The notes beneath the pieces were generated by a model, which did no database searches, was not told where the DNA came from, and saw nothing but the letters and a program-made list of their open reading frames with translations. Positions 25,590 through 37,000 of a stretch of 64,000 nucleotides of DNA are shown here, in pieces. This DNA comes from Callorhinchus milii (taxonomy: Eukaryota), in contig NW_024704743.1 of assembly GCF_018977255.1 (NCBI RefSeq), forward strand, positions 72,604,001-72,668,000, given 5' to 3'. The translations under genes were made by a program, and so were the position numbers. The first letter of the stretch is position 1, and each line of letters opens with the position of its first letter.

Positions 25590-26440
25590 TAATCACAAGA
25601 TTGGTTTTGATTGAAGAAGGCCCTTCAAACCCGTTGATCTCATCCCTCCAGAATACCCACCCTACTATCCGCCCATCACAGCATCAAGCAGCTTTTAAAT
25701 AAATCCAGTGTCCTGGCCTGAAACACCCTTCCTGGAAACTGGTTCTAGTTATTAATTGGTCTCTGACTAAAGAAACGCTTCTTAGTGTCTGTCCTGAAAT
25801 TGCCCTTTGTGATCACCCCCTTCGCTTCACCACTGGTGGCTGTGCTTTCAGCCACTAGGCATCGAAGCTCTGGAACTCCCTCCCTCAATCCCTCCACCTC
25901 GCCCCTCTCTCCCCATTTTCAAATCCTGCCTAAAGATCTTACTCATTGATTGTGCTTATGGTCACCTCTCTCCTCCCTCTCTCCTGGCTCGGAGTCAGAC
26001 TCCACCACTGTTAAGCTCTCCAGGATGCTACCCCGTGTGAAGGGCGCTATATAAATGCAAGTTGTTGTTGTTGCAATCCTAAATGTATGTCCTCTTGTCC
26101 TCATCTAGGTGCATCCTAAAGTATTTTGTTTAGGATGCATTGAGTTTAGGGTTTACTTTATCAGTCCCATTTAAAATTGTATACACTCCATGAGGACTCC
26201 TCTGAGTCTTCCTCTCAAGTCTGAGTTCACAGATCATCCCTTTAACACTGGATATTGATCGGCCTGTCGCTCTGTTCTGGACTACCTGCACAGGCCAGTT
26301 ATGTTGCTGTGACCAAAGTTATATACAAATGCGGCCTGACCAGAGGCACTGTACTGCTTAAGCATGAGTTCCAGGGAACTGAACTCAACTTGTTTGGCAA
26401 TACAGCCCAGCATCCAGTTTGTCTGGTTTACTGTGCATTC
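25590..26440 (-). mobile_element. Old CR1 3' fragment split by a plus-strand L2 3' end (about 25815-26073)
   Basis: GAAGAAGGCCCTTCA...GATCTCATCC tail region; breaks at TTGCCCTTTGTG and resumes after (GTT)n at 26073 with ATCCTAAATGTATGTCCTCTTG, matching 21735-21770. Confidence 0.7.
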
Positions 26441-27988
26441 TTCCTATGTTTAAACTTGCCTGAATAACCTACCCACAACAATGCTCAACACCCAGGCAAA
26501 CATTGTTGTTACACAATTTTCTAAATCTGCAAAGAATGTTTACTCGTGTATTTAATGACACCTACACACTAAAAAAAATTCCTTTCATCATGCACAATAA
26601 TACAATTCGTAATGTCCCATGAAATTGCAATCAATTACAAAAACTGGAGAAGAAGATAGATTATGGTATTATTCATTTAAAAGTCTATTTAATTTAGAAC
26701 ACAATTTTGACTGTACTATGTTGTATTAAAAACGAGATTGCCAATACAGTTCCCAGATCACACATAGCCAGCCTTATTGACATTTCAAAGCACAAGTATG
26801 CTTTCCTTTGACCTTTGTAGGCTTTAAGTTGAAACTATCAAAATTAAAATCTCCATGATATCCCTTTGAAGACTATAGCTTTGCTATCAAATGATATTCT
26901 TAAATAATTCTGAGAAAATTGCAGTTTTAATGGAAAATCATGGGAGAAGGAAAATCTCGTAACAATACTGAGCAGATGGATGTGTTTGTATTCATACAGA
27001 CTCCCGGGATTCATCACTCTCTCAATTAGAAGTCTCCTGGATAATGATGCTTTTCAGTAACTTCACTAGAAAAATCTTAGGGACACATTCTAAGTGTGTT
27101 TATTTTACATATAAAGGAATAAAGTGGAGCGATGCTTATCTGAGCCCTGCCCAGGACCAAGGGATGAGCAGATGTGTGACAGGACTGATTTGAAAATACT
27201 GTATATGATTCTCAAGCAAAGAGCAATCATAAACAACACAGTCACAATTCCACTGAAAACCACTTGTTTAATTAAATCAAAAGGCATTACACTGATCTGC
27301 TAAATAGTATCGAAAGCCAGGGAAACACACGCACGCACGCTTATGCGCGCGCACACACACAGTCCTCATGGAATCAAATATGGCAGAGGCATTTGTGGGG
27401 TATCAATTTGGCTCAGTTGGTAAAACTTTCACCTCTATGTCAAAAGGTCTTGGATTCAAGTGTTGGAGCTTGAGCTCAGAGCCCAGGCAGACACCCAGTA
27501 CACTCTCAGCTCAAAGCACTGCTATGTCGGAGGTGCCGTCTTACCAAAAGGTGGTGCATTAAACTAAAGTCTCTTCTGATCATAATAAATAATAATCCTT
27601 GCATTTGATATAGTATTTTTCATGCCAAGAGGATGTCTCAAAGCACTTCAGAGGATATACAATAAAGTGTAGTAATTCTATTTTGTAGGCATACAGCTTT
27701 TTATGGAGGCATTAAAAATCCTATATTATTGACACTATTCAATAAGAGAAGGTAGCCATTTCCAGTGCTCTAGTTAGCAATCCTTCAAATTAATTGATCT
27801 TTCACCTCACCTGTGGGTCTCTGATGGCAATTAGAAACATAAAGTCTAATAATATGTTCCCTCTTCTTAGGACCACTGTCCCAATCGTACTATTATATTC
27901 CCTCTTTCACAAATCTAATTTAAATCAGCTAACAATGTACACAATGGGAGACTTTCCTAGTCAACGTAGATCAATGCTGCACTACGGC

Positions 27989-28251
27989 TAGGGTGACTAT
28001 ACGTCCTCAATTTCTGGGGACAGTCCCCGGATGAAATATTGTGTCCCTGGGGCCAAATGTGCTCTGTCTTGAGTTCAGCAAGAGCATGAAAAATTCTAAA
28101 ACAGCTACACTCATCAGAGAAACACAGCCATTAATTCAACAAGCTTCTCCAGTGATGCCAGCATCAGCAATTGTGGTGAGTTCCTTTTTTTTAATATATA
28201 CGTGTCCCTGCATTTGATTTACAAAATATGATACAAAATACAGTCACCCTA
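27989..28251. mobile_element. hAT-type MITE, Blackjack-like
   Basis: Terminal inverted repeats TAGGGTGACTATA / TACAGTCACCCTA; subterminal GTCCC/GGGAC motifs; target-site duplication not recognisable. Confidence 0.65.
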
Positions 28252-28289
28252 TAATACACTGAAGACCTTTGAAGCTGGTGTGCAAGCAC

Positions 28290-28530
28290 CAAAAGATTTT
28301 CAGTCTAAAAATTACACTGACCAAACAGTTTGATATTTAAGATTGTGTAAAATTTTGGAGGATTCTTAAATTCAGCCTTAATTTTTTAAGACCAAACATT
28401 TTTAAAGCAGAAAATCAGTTTCCAAATTAATGCTGAATTTTAGTATGAATATTTCCCAAAATTCTGCACAATCTTGTATTTTAAGACTATGATCTCAAGG
28501 CTAAGATGATGAGAAAATATTGGGGCTCAA
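28290..28530. repeat. AT-rich palindromic MITE-like repeat
   Basis: Inverted arms AAGATTGTGTAAAATTTTGG and CCAAAATTCTGCACAATCTT; related copies elsewhere in the window. Confidence 0.6.
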
Positions 28531-29449
28531 TATTCTCACAGGCACATTTATACCTCAGTTACATTGCAGATTATGATTCAATGTGATGCCTCATAAAGAG
28601 AGATTCAGGTCTAGGCTCCAAATTGCACTCAATCCAGGTTTATTCCATGAAAATTGAGTACAATAGCTAAACATTTACCAATGACAGAAGATGGATACAT
28701 TCTTATTTTTGAAGTGTCAGCCGGGTGTCTGATACATGTGGAAATCCTGATGAATACCATACTTAACAGTATCCAAACCAAGCTGAGATTTCCATCCATC
28801 CAACCGACACAAAATCCTACAGATAGATTTTTAGAATTGAATGCACACCCTCTCCCTGGAGGGACGCATCCTGCTTACCTAATTCTGGAAAGTGTTAGGC
28901 GCAGGCTGGCAAAAGCCAAGGCTTGGGGACCCCAGAGTGTGCATTGGGGGTACTGCTGGAGTCTAACCAGCTAAAACCTGGTCGGCTTGCCATTAATATG
29001 GGTGTCTTGCAGTTACTGAAGAACCAAGAGTGTTGGCAGCTGATAATGCTAATCAGCTGTTAGTGGAGCATAAGGGACGTTTTAAATTCAATTTAAAAAG
29101 TCCAATGTTCCCTCTGGATTAGCTGCAATAAAACCAGTAATACTGCAGCCATCGGATGGTGCAATTGCAAAATCTCCCTCAGAGGGTCTTTAACTCAAAT
29201 CCGTGCCCCTTAAAATAAAGTTATACTACACCGTAGTGTCAATTTAATGTGGTTTCTATTGATGCAAACTCTGTAACATAACTGGGACCTTAATGGGGGT
29301 GGAGCTATGAGAATGTAATTTGAGATGAAAGGAGAGAGTGAGACCACAAATTTCAATGTATGGATTTAGAGAAGAGCTACCAAAGGTATGAGGTAGTAGT
29401 TAGTGGCATGAAAAAACTGCAGCATCTTTGAAAATTGAAAGACACATAA

Positions 29450-29860
29450 AGAAGCTACAGTGTCTTTGAAGAATCAAAAGAATAACATTTTTCATTGTGC
29501 CATCAAAGTTCACAGAGGTCAAGATTTGGCGATTCAGTCAATGTACTGCAAACGATTGCACATTCATTTTTGGATCCGTAGTCATTAACAATGCAGAACA
29601 AATGCCACATTTACGTTGAAATGTATCAACGAAACAATGAAGTTTACAGAACGATTTGAATATATGTGACTGTTACACAGTTTTATCGTTTTGTGTGGAT
29701 CTATGTAAGAGAAACTATTATTTTCAGAACAAGTTGGAACCATCCCAATAAGCAGCGAAAACATCTTGATCGTTGACTTGAAAAACCCTACAACATCAGA
29801 ATCACTTTCAACTAAGAAAACAAACAAGTGCACAGAGTCACAGTTGACTATCAACATCAG
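29450..29860 (+). mobile_element. Possible hAT transposase C-terminal relic
   Basis: Broken translations FLDP, CGSM*EKLLFS and NKQRKHLD echo the hAT dimerisation motif FGSTYxCExLFS...KxRxxL; heavily decayed. Confidence 0.35.
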
Positions 29861-30129
29861 TATGGCAGCTGGCCGTATAATCTGGTCAACTGGTACCATA
29901 TTGATCAGAATTGAGATACGAGGCTATGCTGCCACTCACAATTCAAGAAATACATCATATGACCTTTTTGAAAGCAGACTATATTTGTACATTTTTGTAA
30001 AGTTACTGTATTTGTTACTGTTTTTATTATTCATCATGCACATTTATATTGCTGACCTGGAATATTTGCACACACAGAGTTGGTTGTAAGTCATCAACTT
30101 TTATCTGGAAGGGGGAAGTCAATGACAAC

Positions 30130-31003
30130 TCTACTTCAACACCACCTTGCACATAGGAAAATGTCTCAAAGTGCTTCATAGAGAAAGAGAGGGGGCAAAG
30201 ATATTTGAGGATTAGAATGAGGATCAGAAAGTCAATCTGCTGGAAATAGGGAACCACTTAATCTGTTGAGGATAGGGTAATTGAATCCCAGAGCCTATAA
30301 GTGAGAAAATGTGGGATGTAGAGGTCTGCAGGTTATGGAGAGCTGAGCTTAGAAGGTTGTCTGAGAAGGCATTGGAGAAATCAAATCTGGAGGGTGACAA
30401 AGGCATGGGTAAGGTTTTGGCTACAATGGAAGGTCGGATGGAGGTGGGCGATGCTGTGAAGATGGAGGAAAGCTGACTTTGTCAAAGACTAGATGAAACG
30501 CTTAAGGGAGAAGAGACGACTGAACAAAACATAAGGGATTTTCCATTGGCTCTGTGAGTTGAAGTGAGCAGCTGGAGAAGCAAGGAGGCATTGGTGAAAT
30601 CCAAATAAAACATGGCTGCCTCCAATGGTATTTGTTTGTGCTTATGTTCGCCAATGGGTCTTTCCTGCCTCAGAAGGTGCTCATGTAAACTATTTCTTTT
30701 GTTGTATTTTATACTTTCTGGAGGCAACAAGATGTGTTACTATAATCCCAATGTCTGATATTGGGTTTCCAAAAACATGCAGCAAGCTGAAGTACATGGT
30801 GTTTCAAATACTAGCTGCTTCAACATAATACAATACAAATTTACATTTATATAGCACCTTTCACATTGGGAAGACATTCCAAGGTGCTGGACAGTCTAGG
30901 TTTGCATTTGAGCTGGGGCTGGGGGCTGAGGAGATGGGGCCTGAGGGAAGGAAAGATGGCTGCAACGCAGTCAAAGAGGAAAGTCTTGAGGTGGACCTTT
31001 AAG
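30130..31003 (-). mobile_element. Old L2 fragments (about 30130-30600 and 30830-31003)
   Basis: Translations SRFDFSNA and LKVHLKTFLFD; L2-type tails. Confidence 0.65.
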
Positions 31004-33233
31004 TCACAAGATATGATATGCTTCAAACCATAATAAGCAAACATTATCATAAAATGTAATGACACACGCATTGGCTACTCAATTTCCTGGATGGCAGTGA
31101 ATGTTTTAATTTATCAGCTTTGTGAAACGGCAAGCCAAGCCAGCATCCTGTGCACAACAATCTTCAACCCAGATCCATTCCTCACCTGCTGAGCAGAGAC
31201 AATCCTCCTCTCACTTGGAACCCAGCATCGCCTTAAGCTGCATGCGCTGTAACCTTGGCAGCCTAGTCTTATACAATTCTGCATATCTTGCAATCAAGCA
31301 TCACTACATAAAGACTGTGGTATCTTGTTAGCCAACAACTGAGCGTGAAATCACTACATTGCCAGCCCCCATGGAATGAGTCAATCCTGTTTTTTTTAGA
31401 AAGATGTACCTGGGGGAGGGGGAGCATTAGATTTTCTGTTGATTTGTACTCAATTATCTACAAGATGATTTTTCTCCAATGCTTTTGCACCATCAAAAAG
31501 GGGAAAGTTTGATAAAGGAAAAGCTTTGGAAGAATGAAAAGAACAGATTGACAAATTACAAATACAGATCAATTGATTTGACAGCTTTCATTGATAACTA
31601 AATCATCTGTAGTCACTAATGCGACCAATTTAAAAAAATTATGAAACAGATTTGCGAGCAGTTTTTATTGTACGTATGCTGCTCACAATGTTAAAGATTT
31701 TGATGGTTTTGGTAAACTAAATTAAATTTAAACTGATATAACACGGAAAAGCAACTGTTATTTCAGATTTATTTCGAATAAATATTTGGAATTAGCTAAG
31801 TTTGCACCTTGAGGCTGGTTAGTTTAATGCTTTTTAAATTGACTACCAAGTGATCTGCTCTCAACAAGCCGAAAATGTTTTTGAAATTTTCAGGAACAAA
31901 ACTCACTGCAAAGCTTAATGGCCAGAGTACCAGTTCTAAACTTCCACTCCCCGTAAATGTATTTAAACTCATTTGCTCAAATAAGTATTCTCACAAAATC
32001 CGTCCAGAGATTTGTTAGCCAGTGGACTCACACAATCTGACAGCTCTGCCTCTGAGCAATTATTTCCTCTTGCTCTCCCGCACACTGTATGAACAAAAAA
32101 CTTTGTGCCAGCTTTGATTGCTGAAGCATAGCCAGAGTGAATAAATTGTACACTACAGAAAACAAGAACATTCATTCCAATCACAGTGGTGAGGTGCAGT
32201 TTTAATTAAAGCTTATCAAAAGCCACCTAATGAATAAACTCAAGCCTCATTCCAACAAAGAATATTTTCATCTATTTAGTTTCAGCTTGTAATTTCCAAG
32301 CAATAATTAACCACTGTTTGAGGCTTAAAGAGTTCAATTGTATTAGGGCTGGTGAAGATTTCATTAGTTCTATTATCTGGAGTCTGTTGGTTGCATGCAT
32401 ATCAATGATAGGCCTGGCTTTTTTCACCCTTTGTTCTCTGTGTGTGCATTTTCAGACTTTCTTTCCCTGAAAACGAAGGTCTCTAACTGTATTTCTGAAG
32501 CTTTATAATGAATGCAGAAAGTGACATGCGCAACTGTTGTTTCAATTTGGTGCAGCAGCTTGGACAGACAGTAGGGATCATGACAGAAAATAGGCTGGAC
32601 CTAAAGGGTCTGACCTTCCTGGTGGGAAAGCGAACCTAGCACTGTGCTCAACAAGCTCGACAACAAAGAAACATATTTAGTCTCCCCAAATCAGACACGC
32701 TTCTCACAGGGGGGAAAAACAGTCTAAGAAAGGGTTTACCCCTTCCTGCAGACAAAATGGATTAAAGTGAATGCAGGAGCAGGGCTCAGGCGTTTCCAAC
32801 TAGAAAAGGCGGTGAAGTTATGTCCATTACCAGTAAATGGAAAATGACACAACCATTGTGGATTATTGCCCTGGAGTGCTACCTTCTGCAAAGCAAAATA
32901 AAACATTCACGTTTTATATTTCCAAATTAAGACCATTTCTTTTTGATTTATCGCCCTTCTATGGTTGTGAACGTGAAAGAATATAAATTTTACGGGAAGT
33001 CAAAATTATTTGTTACTTGTAATCCATGTTATTTTACATCACAAATGTGTCGTCTATTAACTGTACTTCTTATGATATATCTATTGGGAGTAGCAGACTG
33101 TACTTGTACCCCAGAACTTGTACTTGAATCTTCCAGATGCAGCTGTAAGCTGTGCTCAAAAGATTTTGATGCCTCTAATCATATCAATATTACCTATATG
33201 TTTCTGGAATTTCATAAATGTAATTTTTGTTAA

Positions 33234-33408
33234 TGATAATAATAAACCTTGCATTTGCCTTATCACATCTTCTGGATGTCTCAAATCGCTTCACAGAATA
33301 TACTGTGAAGTGAATTGACTGTAAATTCCGTGGGCGAAATGTGGCAGCCAGTTGCGCACAGCAGTGTCCCACAAACAGTTGTGGATTTGAGTGACCAATT
33401 TATTATTT
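33234..33408 (-). mobile_element. SINE 3' half
   Basis: Matches body and tail of the young SINE. Confidence 0.85.
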
Positions 33409-33769
33409 ACTCAGCAGACTGAATCTGCATTAGCCATTCATGTGATCATACAAATACAAATTGTTGTTATTGTGTGAGAAGTGACAATGTTCGATATTTA
33501 CAATCAAATTGAGCAAACATTAAGTGCTTTTTAAATCTTTAGAATAATTCACATCTAACTTAAAACATAAGGGAGTGAAAAATGCAATGTTTCATTAACA
33601 GAATTGATGTGATAATGGAACTTGTTATGAAACAATGCATCTTTCCATCCATTCCTAAAGACTAGTTGAATGTGGGAATTCTAAGCGCTCTGGGATGCTA
33701 CCCAGTTTTGGCACAATGCTTTGGACCAAACCCTCTTTTTTAGAGTTATCAAGTCAGCAGAACAAGCGG

Positions 33770-34015
33770 ACATAGGTTTAGACTTGTAAAGTGCAATTTC
33801 AGAACAGGTATCAGGAAGTTTTTCTTTACGCAGAGGGTAATCATCAACTGGAACAGGTCACCAGGAAAGGTGATAGAAGTCAATGAATGAACTCATTTAA
33901 AATACAGCTTGATGCTGTGATGGGGTGGGGGAGGAGATAGGAGAATGAGTGTTCTGGAGGAATGAGATCTGATGGGCCTTCTTCATCCAGATCAATCTGG
34001 GAATCTTGTGATCTT
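33770..34015 (+). mobile_element. CR1 3' end
   Basis: TTTCTTTACGCAGAGGGTAATCATCAACTGGAAC (FFTQRV..WN), ...GATGGGCCTTCTTCATCC...ATCTTGTGATCTTG. Confidence 0.75.
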
Positions 34016-37000
34016 GAATATCACTGATCAGAAGCCTAGTTTCTCCCCCTTCCCCACCCTACCCTCAGAGCCAGCAGTGGATACCATTTGAGACAAGTCA
34101 GTCCTATTTTTAGCTGCACCAAATGTTAATTAATGGTAGTAACAATGGAATACAGAAATCTTCAGGTTCAATCATTGGCCTGCAATGGAGGGGTGGGAGG
34201 GAGGAGAGAAGGAATTGTTTTTTTTATCTCCCTCCCGTCTTCTTCCTTAACCTCCTAGAAGTGGTGACTCATGCTGGGTACAGAATCAAGGGTGGCAGCA
34301 ATCATCTTACTGTGCATTTGGCTCTTCTTTGTGTGTTGGTAAGATAGTGATATTCAGAAGGCCATTTAACAATCACAGTTGAGTTTGATCCTACTCAATG
34401 AATGCCTAATGTTTGCTGAATAAATCTCACTGAATCTCCCCAGCAAGAGTCAATGACACAGACCAGGAGTACAGACCTGTGTCAATTTCTCCCCCTTCTG
34501 TCTCAAAGGGCAGGAAGGCTAATTGTAGTGACCACCACCTCTAACACTGGAGACATCTAAAAACATGTTCTTAGCTAAATAAAATCTTGTCACAGATTGT
34601 TAAATGAAGCAAAGGTTTTTAAAGTCGTTACTTCCTTGAACTCAATATAATGCAAATTACATTCTTTCAAGTAGAAATCCCAGATACTTGTTTTTCAACA
34701 TAGCTCAAAAATGCACCATCTTCAGCGGCTAGATAAGAAAAGTAATGCTCATATGTATACAAAAAAGATCTTGTGTGAAAAACGTTGATGGAGAAAGCTT
34801 TGAAATATGGGAACATTGAGGGGAAATTTGCTGAGAATCAAAAACAAGAGTATTGAAGTATCATTGTAAAAATACATATTTCCATTACCTGGCATTATCA
34901 AGTGAGTGGTATTAACACAGCTGGTGTATTTTTCCCCTTCTTTCATGGCAACAATAACAGAAAATCTTCCTCCTGCACTTAAAATCAGGAGTATTAGGAG
35001 TACCCAGTTTGTGTACTGACAACAGACATGTGGAAAAAAAGCAGCATTACATACACCCCAGTGCAACTTTCTCACTCCAATAAGAGTGGTAATGTGTGGC
35101 ATTATTAAGGCATGCCTCCACCTGGCATTAATTGATCCACAACACTATAAAAGCTGACTGAGTGTGTAGACTGTCACTCAGCAGCAATGTTAAGAGGCAG
35201 CTGCACACATGGATTACCTCATTACTCCTAAACAAATGGGACCATGAGAGAGGAGAAAGGGGCCCCACCCCACAGTTAATACCCAGCCCTCAAAATAGTG
35301 CATCAGACAATTCTGGCTCAGTAAACAGGTCAACATGGATATCTGTCAGGAATTGCAGAGTTTGGATTCAACCATTTGCTCCTATTATAAAAGAAAATCC
35401 TAGTACAAAGCACCATAATCGCACTCCAGTTTAGCTCCCTGCCTCCAGCAAGACCCAGCAAATGGCAGTTCAATGCTGGAGTGTAACAGCTGGAGCTAGA
35501 GTAGCACGCCAGACACTATGCACATGGTGGTGTCATTATGATATGAGGACAAGACTGGCATATCTACTTACTGATATAGGTCTGTGGAACCTCCTTCACC
35601 AATGCCAATCCTCCATTCCTTTCTCTTTGTAGCTATGTGCCTATCCTCCTTGTGGTAAAAACAAATAGAAATTTTCCCCAGTTTTGTGAACACAAATAAT
35701 AGTAATTCTCATTGAGGACAGGGGAATGAATCAGCCAACATTCCTGCTCCTGATCGCTATTTAGTGACCTCTGCTGGAAAATGTTGGTGTGTGTGGAAGT
35801 TAGATAAAAATAAAACTAAGAGGACTGAAAGGTATACGAGTGAATTCTAAAAAAGTTATTCTCCTGCTTGAAGAATGTTCACTTGGTCTATGGTACAATA
35901 GGGCTGGCAGAGTCCATGATAACATACCCCACAATGTGGTCAAAATTGTGACTTGTGGCTGTGAGTTTAGCCCATAACAAGGCTGGTGGTTAGGGTGTTG
36001 CCCCCAACTGTATTGCAATGGTGGGCCTGAAGCCATATGTTACAGCTGTTAAAACTGTGGCTCCCACAGAGTGGCATTGAAGATGGATAGTGGAATAACA
36101 CGATAACAACAGAATCCTTCAGAATTAAGCTACAGTTCTTATCCCCCAATGAGTGACTGGCTGTAGGAGAGGAGGAGGGAGACATCCCAAAAAAATAAAA
36201 AGTTGCAATCACAAATTACTGAGTTAAGAATTTCCTGCATAAACAGATCTGTACACTGGTACGTACATTCCTCCTCTCTGATATGCTGGTGTTCTGGGCC
36301 TGTGCAAAAAAGGACAAACATTTTGCTTCCTATCAGTAATAATGACCCACCAACATCTGTACAGACATATATTAAGTTTATGCCATTTAATTAACTCATT
36401 GACTGGGTAAATGCATACCTGGAGGAAAGAAACTCAGCAATCTAAGCACAGAATTAAAGTGCCCTGAACCATTTGCCACTCTCTTCTATTGTGCAGAATG
36501 TATTACTGAAGTAGACATTTAAATACAAATAGGAATTCCTGATACAAGCATAAAATATTCCTCAGTTATCTGGTTTTCAATGCTCAACACAAATTCTTAT
36601 CAATCCACTGTGAAATTTCATCTACAGACTGCAGGACACTTTAGACTTTAAACTGTGTTTGTGTAAAATGTGCAATTTTGGAAAGTTGTTTAGATTGAAT
36701 TGGTCAGTGAATGACTAAACGGTCTCTGGAACAAAGATTTTCAAATTGGCTATTTTTATCTCGGGTTTTTAGAAATCCTGACTCAGGCATGAAATCTTGG
36801 CAAGCCAGTTACGTGTTTATCAGGATTCAGCTGCACTTACTTATTCCTCCCATCTCTCAGTGCCTTCAAACCTCCCCCCACCCTCACAGCTTTGATCTCT
36901 GCAGTTTTTTCTCTTCTCCCCCTCCCCCAGTAGTTCCAATCTGCATTTCTCTATTCCCCAATGGAAGCTCTGACCTCTGCTGCTTTTTCTTTGCTCCTTT

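Noticed and set aside
29389..29410. let-7-like sequence TGAGGTAGTAGTT
   Set aside because: Only the first 13 nt match let-7g/i, the 3' part diverges, and no complementary star arm is evident
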